A DNA stretch of 64,000 nucleotides, taken from Emiliania huxleyi CCMP1516 (lineage: Eukaryota). The stretch is taken from contig NW_005201231.1 in NCBI RefSeq assembly GCF_000372725.1, positions 296,246 through 360,245 of the forward strand. The letters are read 5' to 3'. The notes beneath the pieces are model-generated. The model did not search any database. It was not told where the DNA came from and worked only from the letters and a program-made list of their open reading frames with translations. This document shows positions 14,783 to 26,244 of the stretch, in pieces (positions within the stretch are counted from its first letter, which is position 1; the number at the start of each line of letters is the position of its first letter). A program made the position numbers and the translations under genes.

Positions 14783-16112
14783 TCTGAAGGAGTTACTTCC
14801 TGAAGTAACTACTTACTTCGAGAAGTAACTATCCCCGCCCCGCGCCTGCAATGGCCCCTAGCCCCCGCCCACAGCTCCCTAGACACAGGGCAGACCTGGA
14901 CTGGAGCGGACCCGCTCCCTAATACTCCTCTGAGGAGTGGTGGTCACCGTCGGAGTCGGTGTAGGAGCTCCACCGCGCCCGCCGGGGCTTGTTCTTAGGA
15001 CTTGTGTACGCCGGGCGTATCGTGCACTTGGTCGCGGAGGCGAAGGGACCTCCTGCGCTCCCCAGGCGGCCTCACCGGAGCCTGCGGCATGCTTGGGCCT
15101 GGCAGGGGACGGTGAGGGGTGCGCTCAGTACAGTCGGGGGCGCCTGCACCGCGTGAAGGCGTGAAAAAAGAAACGGAGCAATGCCGGAGATAATCATGCT
15201 CAAGCTGTTGTCGGCGGGCGATGGCGCGATGGACTTGAAACGGACGGCACGTCCCGGCTCGCGGCGCGCGGTGCATGATGTGAGCGCGTGCGGCAGAGGC
15301 GCGCCTTGAGGCGCGGCAGCGCCTTGCGGGGCTTCATGCTTCGCCTTCGATCGTGTCGTCACCATGTCGTTGACTCGCTGACCCGTGACAGCTTTGACTG
15401 CGACCGTGACCGGGTCGGGTCGAGCGTCAGATGCCCCCAAAGCGTGCAAAGGGAAAGAAGCCCGCTGCCGCCGCGGCGGCGCCGGGCCCAGCGGCGGCAC
15501 TACTCGCAGCAGCAGCTTCCACAAGGCTGCAGTGGGCGCCGGCCCCAGGTGCAGCTGGCCCAAGCACGTTGCCGCCGCCGGTCGTGCAAGCGGAGTATGG
15601 AACCGCCGATGATGACCTCGTGCGGGTCGGCCAGCTCGGTGTCGAGCTCCTTCCGCCGCATCGGCGCGGCGGCAGAGCCGCCCCAGCCGCTGCGCCTTCG
15701 CCTGCGGAGGCTCCTGCGGCGGCTGCACCTGCTGCTGCGGGTGAGTGAGCCCGACGACGACGAGCAGCCTGACGGCGCGCGCATTCCAGACCTCGATGAT
15801 GTCTTGGGCTGGGGGGGTGGCAAGGGTGTAGGAGGGCTCTCAGGAGACCGTTTGCCGGCAGCAGGGGGCGCGCGCTCGGCCGACATGTGCGCCAGAATGC
15901 CGCAGAAGTAACTATGAAGTAACTGTGTTTGGGCTGTCTCCCGGGCGTGTTTGAACCCTAATTGTCGGCCCCAGTGACCGGTCTAGAGGTCTGTGTGTGG
16001 CCTGGGGGGGCCAAACAATAAGGCGAGGGGTTCCTAGTAAGCGGTTGGGGGGTGCGAGCCCGTGCTATAGTGCAGTGAATACTTACTTCCTGAAGTAACT
16101 TCATCCTTCAGA
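14783..16112. mobile_element. Non-autonomous DNA transposon with imperfect terminal inverted repeats and TA flanks
   Basis: Left end TA|TCTGAAGGAGTTACTTCCTGAAGTAAC; the right end reverse-complements to TA|TCTGAAGGATGAAGTTACTTCAGGAAGTAAG. Internal GAAGTAACT copies at ~15905-15925; internal ORF fragment 15431-15748 (MPPKRAKGKK...). Confidence 0.7.
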
Positions 16113-16205
16113 TATAGACAAGGTACCAACGCGGCCAAAGGATATCCACCTCTGACGAATATACAGTCCGACACGACTGGGACACCGGCAGACCCTTCGG
16201 TCCCG

Positions 16206-16881
16206 ATGCTCCGCCGTCCGGTCGTGCGCGCCGCCCTCGCGGTTCTTGGCGGCTCCTCCACGGCGGCCGTCCGCAGCAGCCTTCACGCCGCCGCTCCCTC
16301 CGACGAGTCGCTCAGCGCTCTGTGGGGAGCGGCGATCGACGGGATGATAGCCGTGCCGGGTGCCGAGCGAATCGCCGCTCCAAACGGGGTGCTCTACCTC
16401 GCGCCTCTGCCGCCCGGCGCGGCGCCGCCCGAAGGTGTCGAGTGCAAAGGTTCTGGCCAAGAGCGCAGTTTTCGCGCTCACCGCGCACAATCCGATGGGC
16501 GAGGCGGCGCCCGCGGCTGTAAACCGCGAGGCGAACCGCAAGCTGCAGGCCGACATTGCCAGCCTGCGGCCAGTCCCGCGCGCGTGGTGGCACAGCTTTG
16601 GCTTCAGCGCCGAGGAGGGCTGGCGAGAGGACGGCTTCTGCGTCGCCTTTGCCACTGACGAGCGAAGGTTCGCGCGCGCGCAGGTGCTGAAGCTGGCACG
16701 GGCGTACCGGCAAGCGGCCATCTACCAGTTCAGCTACAAGGACGGCGTGCTGCTGCGCGAGGTTGTGTGGTGCGATCCGACCAAGCAGGAGCAGGCTGCC
16801 GAGGCGCCCGAGCGGATGGCGCCGCTGCGGATGCCGCCAGAGAGCGAGCTGGCGGACGTTGGCGGTGCCCGGGATTTATAG
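16206..16881 (+). CDS. DUF3293-like protein, with a frame change near 16435-16450
   Basis: Second frame VFALTAHNPMGE...NREANRKL...WREDGF...VLKLARAYRQAAIY matches the DUF3293 pattern; first frame MLRRPVVRAALAVLGG... resembles a transit peptide. Confidence 0.65.
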
Positions 16882-17559
16882 ATCTGCAGCTGGTGAAAGT
16901 TTAGGTGTGTGAGCTGGCCGTTCGTTGTTCTCGCGCTTTAAACTTTCCGCCGCCAACCCGGCTCCACAAATCTCACACGCCACACTTACCTACGTCCTTA
17001 CCCGTTACCGACTACCGTCCTGGATGCGCCTGTCCCTGAGCGGAACCCCCCTCGCTCGCCACTCGTCTCGGAGCACGGACGACGGAGGTCGGCTCGCGCT
17101 CGCCGTCAGTCAGATGTCTGCCCATCCAAAGTAAGCCATGGAGCGACCGAAGTCGCGCGAGGATTCGCCATACATCCGCCGCGTCCGCGCTGCCGCTCTC
17201 TGCAGAGCCGCGACCTTCTTCGAGTAGGCCTTGTCCTGAGCGCGGCTCTGGGGGGGTAAGGGGGCCCCCGGAGGCACCGTGCGCCGCGCAGCAGTGCGGA
17301 AACGGGGCTCCGGCTCTATTAGTCTCTATTAGCACCGACTTCCCGATTGAGAAGACGGGCACTGGACCACGCCTGCGTGGATCGCGTCACACCAATCCTC
17401 GCTACCCAACGCGGCCAAAGGATATCAACCTCGAGAACCTCGAGAGCACTTGGAGATAGACTAGAATTCTTTGTTGGCGGCTCCGGTGCGTTGTCGAGCC
17501 TGTCTCGACTAGCGAGTTCTTTTGTTGATATAAGAATTCTTTTGTTAATCTTTGCACAA

Positions 17560-19374
17560 ATGCTAAGTGATTTTGGCGCGGCCACCGCCACGGCCGCCGG
17601 TCTCGCGTGCGTCGCCCTCCTGTTGTTGCGGAGTCAGCGCCGCCGGCCTCGGCGCGACGACAGCGTCGCCTCCAACGCGCTCGATCTGATCGGCAACACG
17701 CCGCTGCTGGAGTTGCCGTCCCTCTCGGCGGCGACCGGCTGCCGCGTGCTGGCCAAAGCTGAGGTGCGCCTCCGCTCTCGCCCCACGTCACAGCGGCCTC
17801 CCGTGCCGCCGCACCACGCCGACACCGCGCGCCCGTGGCCGCGCGCAGTTCCTCAATCCGGGCGGCAGCGCCAAGGACCGGGTGGCGGCCGCGATTGTCG
17901 CTGAGGCCGAGGCGGCTGGCACACTGCGCGAGGGCGGGACGGTCGTCGAGGCGACGGCCGGGAGCACCGGCATCTCCCTCGCCCTGGTGTGCGCCGCCAA
18001 GGGCTACCGCTGCCACCTCGTCGCCGCAGACGACGTGTCGCCTCAGAAGCGCGAGCTCATCACCGCGCTCGGCGCGACGCTCGAGCTGGTCCGGCCTGCC
18101 GCGATCGCGGACGCGGCGCACCCGGTCAACGTGGCGAGGGCGCGCGCCGCCGCCCTCGGCGACGGCTCCATCTTTGCCGACCAGTTTGAGAACCTGGCAA
18201 ACACGCGCGCGCACGAGGCGGGGACGGCGGCTGAGATCTGGGCGCAGAGGAGCCGCGAGTGCCACACACGGCTAGATTGGCCGGTTGGACGTGGCTGGCG
18301 TGATTTGGGCGGGATGCGAGGAGGTGGATTCGGTTGGACGATATTCGCGGGCCCCTCCCCGCTGCAGGCGCAGACGCGCGGTACCGTCGATGCCTTTGTG
18401 ATGGGCGCTGGCACCGGAGGCACGCTCGCCGGTGTCTCGCGCACGCTCAAGCGGCGGAAAGCCGACCCCAGAAGCAGAAGGCGTAGTCTGGTCTCCCAAC
18501 TAGCGCCGGAGAGGACACGTATGCGGCCGTACTCGGCCGTATTCAGCCGTGCGCACTGTCTTCGCACCCCCTCGTACTCACGCGGCGCTCTGATACACGG
18601 CACTCTACCGCCCTCCCGCCCTGAGGATGGCGGGCTCAGCACGCAGGAAGCCGTCGGTGCGCGTCTTCCTCGCCGACCCGCCGGGCTCGGCCCTCTTCCA
18701 CCGCGTGGAGCACGGCGTGCTGTATGCGCCGCAGCAGCAGGAGCGGACGGCGCGCCGGAACCGGTGCGGCAGAACAGCGTCGTGGAGCCGGGGGTGAGAC
18801 GCTGCTCCGAGCGGCCGCGAGTTCTTTGTTCTTGTCAGGTGCGAGACACCGGCGTGGAGGGCGTCGGCCGAGGGCGTCGGCCGGCGCACGTAGCTCTGGG
18901 TCATCCTCCACTCACCATCAGGTACGACACCATCGTGGAGGGCGGGCGCTGCGACTTCTTTACGAGTTCTTTTTTCTTGTGAGGTACGACACCATCATGG
19001 AGGGCGTCGGGTGCGACCGCCTCACCGCCAACTTCGCGGCCGCTCGAATCGACGCCGCGTTTCGTGTGAGCGACGAGGCCGCGCGCGATGGCGCGGCCCC
19101 CCTCCCATGTTCATGTGAGCGACGTCCGTTCACCACGAGGGCGGTGTGCGCCTAGGAGTCGTGTGCGATGGCGCGGCGGCTGCTGCGGGACGAGGGGCTC
19201 TTCGTCGGCGGCTCCGCCGCGATGAACTGCGTCGGAGTGCTGCGTGCTGCGGAGGTGTTGCCGCCGGGCAGCACGATCGTCACTGTGCTGTGCGACGGTG
19301 GGCAGCGGTACCTGCACTCGGTGTGGAGGGAGGAGCGGAGGCGGGAGGGCGAGAGCTGCGCACAGTGTGGTTAG
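17560..19374 (+). CDS. PLP-dependent cysteine synthase-like protein (multi-exon)
   Basis: LIGNTPLLEL...LAKAE|FLNPGGSAKDRVA (PLP lysine), VVEATAGSTGISLA, ADQFENLAN, GAGTGGTLAG, EGVG, EGLFVGGSAAMN, IVTVLCDGGQRY; N-terminal hydrophobic segment. Confidence 0.9.
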
Positions 19375-19698
19375 AGCCGAGTATGTAGCTGCGGGCTCTC
19401 AAGCAAGATCCCGATTGTACGTACAGAGAGTGAGCCGGCATGCGGCAACTTGAGAAGTTCACACAGCTTGGTTCACCGACCGGAACACTTGCGGCCGCCA
19501 CGTGGTGCATTTCCGATTTCGCGTGGACCACATGGGAAGGGAAACAGCGGGAGTGGACCGACAGACACAGACTGAGAGCCTTACTTGCAACTACTCGTAT
19601 TCGTACGGTGCAACGACCTCAACGTGAATTGAGACACTGCGTCACTGACGTACATTCGACATATCGCGCATGCTGAGTCACACGCAACCTCACATGTT

Positions 19699-20061
19699 TT
19701 AAGGCGTGTACGACCGATTCCCCTTCGCCTTCATGGCGTTCACTTTTGCTGGGCGGGGAGGCGGAATGCTACGCGGTTTGGTGCGCACTGGGTTCTGCTT
19801 CTGGCGAGACGATGCCGGTGGCGGTGAGCGATATATGTGTATATGCGGCGGCGGCGGCGGCGGCGGCGGCGACTGTGGTGGCGGCGGCGGCGGAATGCGT
19901 GAAACGACGAAGAGCAGAGCGAACAGAACAAAGATGCTGGCCCACAGCCGACGAACATCATTTCGCCGCTGACGCTGCCATTTAGCGATGCGATCGTCGC
20001 GTATAGCCGCCTCATCGAATCTCACGCTTCTCTGACCCTTCGTCGGCGGGTCGTTCGACAT
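19699..20061 (-). CDS. Small single-pass membrane protein with proline-rich C-terminus
   Basis: MSNDPPTKGQRSVRFDEA...LWASIFVLFALLFVVSRIPPPPPP...; ATG at 20059-20061. Confidence 0.55.
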   Translation of the reverse strand: MSNDPPTKGQRSVRFDEAAIRDDRIAKWQRQRRNDVRRLWASIFVLFALLFVVSRIPPPPPPQSPPPPPPPPHIHIYRSPPPASSRQKQNPVRTKPRSIPPPRPAKVNAMKAKGNRSYTP

Positions 20062-20520
20062 ATCGCCGTGTTTTGGTGCCGTGAGCGGTGCTTGCGACAA
20101 GGAGCAGAGAAGCGAGCGCTGGAACAAGCAGCGATCCGAGTGTGGCGTGCAGGAAAAAAAGAAAAGCGCCAAGTCCCTCCTGTGTGTGTGTGTGTGTGTA
20201 CGCGCCCCTCCTCTCTTGCCTCCTCCTCCCTCGCCGCCTCCTCCCTCGCCGCCCCTCCGCCCTCGCCGCCTCCGCCCTCGCCCTCGCCGCCTCCGCCCTC
20301 GCCCTCGCCGCCTCCGCCCTCGCCCTCGCCGCCTCCGCCCTCGCCCTCGCCGGAGCCGCCTAAGGACAGCATGTTCTTGGGCACGGTCTGGTGTGGCACG
20401 GTCTGGTGTGCAGGCATCTGTGGATGACTGGGCCGCTCTGTGTCGTCGTGGTTTCGTATCAAGAATACTCACTCACTTCTCGCTGTATCGTGGCGTCTTG
20501 CTACTTGCACCAGAACAAGA

Positions 20521-21210
20521 AGCACTTGGAGCACTTGGAGTGCAGTCATTAGCCTCACATCCAGGGCCGGGGAGCTAAGAAGCGCACCCAGCGGGCCGCC
20601 CGGATGATCGGGATCGGGTTGCGGGCAAGAGAGCCCTAGCCCCGGGGAAGACGTCAGGTTGAGCTGGACTCGCCAGGCTGAGGCCCCTCCCCGAAAGGCA
20701 AGTTTTAGCCACATAAAACCGAGACCCCTCCCCCCCGCCCCGATCCCCCCACCCCCTTGCTCCCCTCCCCCCCTCGGGAGGGCCGAACTGAGGCGCCCGT
20801 GGGGACCCCACAATTCCCTTCCCCCCTCGGAGGGGGCCGGACGGAGGCGTACCCCGTGGGCCCCGCTCTTTCCCTCGCATAGCGGCCACTCTTCGGATCG
20901 CTGGTCGAGCGACCCGGGGGATGCCCCGCGCGCCTGACCCAGGCGCGAAAACGAATCTGCGAGGCGAGGCCGCTCACGCGGCCCGATGGGGAGGAACGGG
21001 GCGAGCCCCCTCCAACCCACCCGCGCTAGGTCTCGGGGGACGAAGGGGTCACACCCGACGACCTCGGGAACTAGCCGGGGCAGTCGGAGAAGTGGCAACT
21101 CCGTGCACTGACGGTCGGCCGCCAGAAAACACGCCTCCGTGGCTCGGGTTACACCAATCCTCGCTACCCAACGCGGCCAAAGGATATCCAGCTCGAGAAC
21201 CTCGAGAACC
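20521..21210 (+). mobile_element. Dispersed repeat family A, longest copy (~690 bp)
   Basis: Head AGCACTTGGAGCACTTGGAGTGCAG...CCAGGGCCGGGGAGCTAAGAAGCGCACCCAGCGGGCCG recurs at ~55452, ~63510 and, reversed and partial, at ~12786-12815. Body recurs at 22010-22612. Tail CCAACGCGGCCAAAGGATATC recurs at ~16126, ~17406 and reversed at ~42185-42203. Confidence 0.8.
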
Positions 21211-21249
21211 CGCAAAATTGGCCGCGAATCCCGCCTTCTAACTGCCATG

Positions 21250-21823
21250 TCACGGCCGGTCGGCTGCTGCTCTCGCCTCGCCGGCGGCGCGGTCTGGTGC
21301 CGCGGCGCCCAGCTCTCCTGTGGGCTCGCGGCGGCTCGCCGCCGCGGTGCCGAACAATGTGATCAGTCCGGATTCGTCCCGGCGTGCCGCCGGTGCTGCT
21401 TCCTCGCCGATTTTTGGCTCGACCAGTTTGTCGACAAACCTGTGCCAGAGCTCCTGCTGGTCGACTGAGCGGCGGAGCCGGCCCTTCGCGGCCGAGAGGC
21501 GATGCGCCGACACCGGGGCTACGGCTCGGGACCGTTTCCAGGCTCTCTCGAGCAACCTCAAATTCTGATGATTTCATGCTCGCCACTTTGCTGCACACTT
21601 TGACCTCGACCCGCGGCCCGCTGCGCGGCTCTTCGAGCGCGAGAGGTGACGTCTGCGAGGCGGCGGCGAGCGCAGGCGGCGCAGGCGGCGGCGGCGCGGC
21701 GGCGCGGCGGCGGATCGCGGCGCAGACAACGGCAGCAATCTGCGGCAGGCTGCTGCCTGCTGCTGTAGCAGCTGCTGCTGCTGCTGCTGATCCGCTGATT
21801 GTGGATACGACTTCTCCGATCAC
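21250..21823 (-). other. Possible 3' fragment of a membrane-protein gene cut by the gap
   Basis: Protein-like text (QIAAVVCAAIRRR...; LRRSVDQQELWHRFVDKLVEPK) in two frames; no recognisable domain. Confidence 0.3.
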
Positions 21824-21923
21824 NNNNNNNNNNNNNNNNNNNNNNNNNNNNNNNNNNNNNNNNNNNNNNNNNNNNNNNNNNNNNNNNNNNNNNNNNNNNN
21901 NNNNNNNNNNNNNNNNNNNNNNN
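21824..21923. other. Assembly gap (100 N)
   Basis: N run. Confidence 0.99.
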
Positions 21924-22009
21924 ACCACCCATTCCCATCACCATCTCACATACCTTCATATAGGCGCTCGAGACCTCCTCTCGCTGCCTACTCGCTGCCT
22001 CGAGGGAGG

Positions 22010-22612
22010 AGGGGAAGACGTCAGGCAGCTCTCACTGTGATGACTCGCGCTTGAACGGAGGCCCCTCCCCGAAAGGCAAGTCTTAGCCACATGAAACCCG
22101 AGACCCCTCCCCACCGCCCCGATCCCCCCACCCCCTTGCTCCCCTCCCCCCCTCGGGAGGGCCGAACTGAGGCGCCCGAGGGGACCCCGCAATTCCCTTC
22201 CCCCCTCGGAGGGCCGGACTGAGGCGTCGAGGGCCCCGCTCTGTCCCTCGCATAGCGGCCACTCTTCGGATCGCTGGTCGAGCGACCCGGGGGATGCCCC
22301 GCGCGCCTGACCCAGGCGCGAAAACGAATCTGCGAGGCGTGGCCGCTCACGCGGCCCGATGGGGAGGAGGGGAAGACGTAGGGCGTGCTTGCGCGCCTTT
22401 CCGAGGCCCCTCCAACCCACCCGCGCTAGGTCTCGGGTTTGACGCATGGGGTCACACCCGCGAAACTCGTGAACTAGCCGGGGCAGTCGGAGAAGGGGCA
22501 ACTCCGTGCACTGACGGTCGGCCGTCAGAAAACACGCCTCCGTGGCTCGGGTTACACCAATCCTCGCTACCCAACGCGGCCAAAGGATATCCACCTCGAG
22601 AACCTCGAGAAC
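22010..22612 (+). mobile_element. Dispersed repeat family A, second copy lacking the head
   Basis: Colinear and highly similar to 20645-21210; ends CTCGAGAACCTCGAGAAC about 35 bp before the ATG at 22646. Confidence 0.85.
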
Positions 22613-22645
22613 GCACGAGGTGTGCGGCAAAGGAGGCGGGATACG

Positions 22646-25077
22646 ATGGCGACTCGCGTCAAGTGCGCTCAATTGAGCATGGCTGACATGGCTGACGACG
22701 ATGGCGGCTGCCACGCATGCACCTTCTTCATGCTGGACGCTGCTTTTGTGCGCACATTCCCGGGCAAGAGCCTGCCGTTCTTCCAGGAGATTCGCGACGA
22801 CTACGCCACCGAAGAGCCGCTCGTCGAAGAGGCGCTCGACTACGCTGACGTGGTGAAGGGCACCCACATTGAGACGACCTTGGCGGTCTCGCACCGCTGG
22901 ATGCAGCCGGACGACCCGGACCCCGACGGCGAGCAGCTCAAGGCGCTCAAGGGCTTCCTCAACTCGCCCAACGGCAAGAAGATTGAGCGCGTCTGGATTG
23001 ACTCGGCTTGCATGCCACAGGACCACCCCAAGGGCTCCCGCAGCGCGGAGGACGCGGCCGCCTTCAAGAGGATGCTCAAGGAGGTGAACCGGCTTTACCT
23101 CGGCACCACCGTCCTGATCCTCCTCGACCTGTCGTACGTCTCCCGCTTCTGGACTCAGTTTGAGTCGTGGCTGTCCATGCAGTACGCCACCCCCTCCGGC
23201 CTGAAGTCGGCGGTGGGCACCAAGAACGAGCGGCACCACATTGTTTGCATCCAGAACGCGGCCGAGCAATCCGAGCTGCACGAGAAGATGCTCATCCAGA
23301 GCTGGGCGACGAAGACGCCGGAGCAGGCGCACGCCTTCCTCTCCAAGCCCGACGTCACCGTGACCAACCAGGGCGACAAGGACGGGCGCTGCCGAAAATC
23401 AAGGCGCTCGACAAGACCGTGCAGGGCGCGTTTGGGGACATCTCGCGGTCGCTAGAGGATGAACTTGCGGCGAGCGAGGCGGCGGCTGCGCTCGCGGAGG
23501 CGGAGCTGACCGCGTGGGAGACGGAGAACGATGCCAAGGCCGGCGAGAAGAACCGGCTGAAGGTGGCGGCGCGGCAGGCGGCGAGCGCGGTGGCGGCGGC
23601 GCGCTTGGCGAAGGAGGAGCACGCGCGGGCGATCTCGAGTAGTGTCGTCCCGGCAATGATGAAGCGGGCAGAGGCAGCGTTGGCAGAGGACAGCCTGAGC
23701 ATGTCCGACGTGCGGGAGCTGGTGCTGCAGCTGAGCGGCGGAGGGGACAAGCGGAAGGAGCGGGCCGCGGCGGCGCTGGCGAACCTCGCAGGAGCCAACG
23801 ATGACAACGTTTCGAACCAGCACAAGGCCGACGTCCAAGCGGCGATTGCGGCCGCAGGCGGCATCGCGCCTCTCGTAGCGCTGGCTCGCGGCGGCACAGA
23901 CGGGCAGATGGAGGCGGCCGCGTCGGCGCTGAGGACCCTCGCTCGCAACGCCGACAACAGGGTGGCGATCGCGAGGGCGGGCGGCATCGCGCCGCTGGTG
24001 GCGCTGGCTCGCGGCGGCACGGACGGGCAGAAGCATTGGGCCGCGGGGGCGCTGCGGAACCTCGCTCTCAACGCCGACAACCAGGTGGCGATCGCGAGGG
24101 CGGGTGGCATCGCGCCGCTGGTGGCGCTGGCTCGCGGCGGCACGGACGGGCAGAAGGAGAAGGCCGCGGCGACGCTGGCGAACCTCGCAGGAGCCAACGA
24201 TGACAACGTTTTATTTCGGACCACAACGCCGACATCCAAACGGCGATTGCGGCCGCAGGCGGCATCGCGCCTCTCGTAGCGCTGGCTCGCGGCGGCACAG
24301 ACGGGCAGATGGAGGCGGCCGCGTGGGCGCTGAGGACCCTCGCTCTCAACGCCGACAACCAGGTGGCGATCGCGAGGGCGGGCGGCATCGCGCCGCTGGT
24401 GGCGCTGGCTCACGGCGGCACGGACGGGCAGAAGGAGAAGGCCGCGGGGGCGCTGCGGACCCTCGCTCTCAACGCCGACAACCAGGTGGCGATCGCGAGG
24501 GCGGGTGGCATCGCGCCGCTGGTGGCGCTGGCTCGCGGCGGCACGGACGGGCAGAAGGAGAAGGCCGCGGCGACGCTGGCGAACCTCGCAGGAGCCAACG
24601 ATGACAACGTTATTTCGGACCACAACGCCGACATCCAAACGGCGATTGCGGCCGCAGGCGGCATCGCGCCTCTCGTAGCGCTGGCTCGCGGCGGCACAGA
24701 CGGGCAGATGGAGGCGGCCGCGTGGGCGCTGAGGACCCTCGCTCGCAACGCCGACAACAGGGCGGCGATCGCGAGGGCGGGCGGCATCGCGCCGCTGGTG
24801 GCGCTGGCTCGCGGCGGCACAGACGGGCAGAAGCATTGCTTGGGCCGCGGGGGCGCTGCGGAACCTCGCTCTCAACGCCGACAACCAGGTGGCGATCGCG
24901 AGGGCGGGTGGCATCGCGCCGCTGGTGGCGCTGGCTCGCGGCGGCACGGACGGGCAGAAGGAGAAGGCCGCGGGGGCGCTGCGGAACCTCTCCTGCAACA
25001 AAACGAACCTCGCGGCTATGAAGGACCTGGGGTACGGCAAGAAAAAGTCGTCCTTCGGAGGCTGCTTGATGATGTAG
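22646..25077 (+). pseudogene. HET (TIR-like) domain + coiled coil + ~10 armadillo repeats + C-terminal CaaX; three frameshifts (pseudogene or sequencing errors)
   Basis: LAVSHRWMQPDDPDPDGEQL...VWIDSACMPQ...VNRLYLGTTVLILLD...YVSRFWTQFE; ARM units IAPLVALARGGTDGQKEKAAGALRNLA; ends KKKSSFGGCLMM*. Frameshifts at ~23387 (-1 nt), ~24210 (+2 T versus the sister repeat at ~24608) and ~24838 (+4 nt versus ~24035). Confidence 0.8.
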
Positions 25078-26244
25078 GTGAGGAGGTGCTAGCTGGTGTG
25101 GTCTCGGTAGGTCTGTAGAGAACTCTGAATTACCTCTTACCAGATACCACTGGTCATATTGACACCGCCCGTATTTTGGTCGGAAGGGATCTATACATAT
25201 TCATATACAGGGGATCTGCGACTGCGTGCGCACGCCCCCGGGTCTCCTCACCCACACGGGTCCCTCCTCACCCTGGAGGTCGGAGCGAGGCGGGGGTGCA
25301 TATATGGAAGCCTTTCACGAGTAACACGACGCATCTTTCTCCAGTCAATAGACACCCGTGCGATCCGATCGACAGGAGGTTGGAAACTGCAGAGAGCCAC
25401 GACGCACGAGAGAGGGGAGAGATAGCCAAATACGTAAATAAAACGGTCAAACTCTGAGACGAGATGGGATTTAGGGACATGTGTCCCAGTTGTCTCTGCT
25501 TCTCTGCTTTTTTTTCAGATGGGAGGACGGGGAAGAGTCGAGTGGGAAGAGTCAAGTGTGCGTCTGAAGACGGAGAGAGAGCGCCGCGCGGGTCGGAGCG
25601 ACAGGGGGCGCGGGTTCATACATGTACATGGAAGCCTTCCACGAGTAACACAAACGCGCTCGCATCCCACGCAAACAAAACAACGCAGCCTCTACCGCTC
25701 GCGGTCACAGGACCGCCTCCACCTCGAGCAGCGATGATGCTCTGCACACGCATACTAGATCGATAGAGAGGCGCTCACAGTCAACGATTGGGACACCGGG
25801 GTACTCTATGGGAGACACACGTATATGCAGCGCGGAACCGCGGTGACCGGTGTACGACTGCAAAAAGAAGTATAAGTAAAAAGCGGAGTGTTTACCTCTC
25901 GAGAGAAATGCGACGGTGTATCAGTCGCCTTTTACTGGGCTGGGTTTTTAGGCATTGTGGGGTTGGCACTCCCATCGACCCTCATGACCTCCTGCGGTCT
26001 CTGAGATGGACACCAGTGGGTGCGGCGACCTCGACCGACTATGGAGGACCCGTCGCCAGACGACGCAGGGCAGACGATGTGGAGGCGGAGCCGCCCGCTG
26101 CCAAGGTGAGCTCTCTCCCGCAAGCTGAGCCGGCGCTGCCAGAGGTGCGACGGGCCAATGCTGCTCCGGAGGGCCGCACGACGGCGCTCTGGCACCCCGC
26201 GGCGCTCTGGCACCTTGCGGCACCCCGCGGCTAGCAGCGCGGCC

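Noticed and set aside
16430..16455. Programmed frameshift or micro-intron in the DUF3293 gene
   Set aside because: No slippery site; a frame-restoring GT-AG intron would be only 13 nt; other genes here also carry indels, so error or pseudogenisation is simpler.
23355..25040. 561-aa minus-strand ORF
   Set aside because: Antisense shadow of the ARM repeats.
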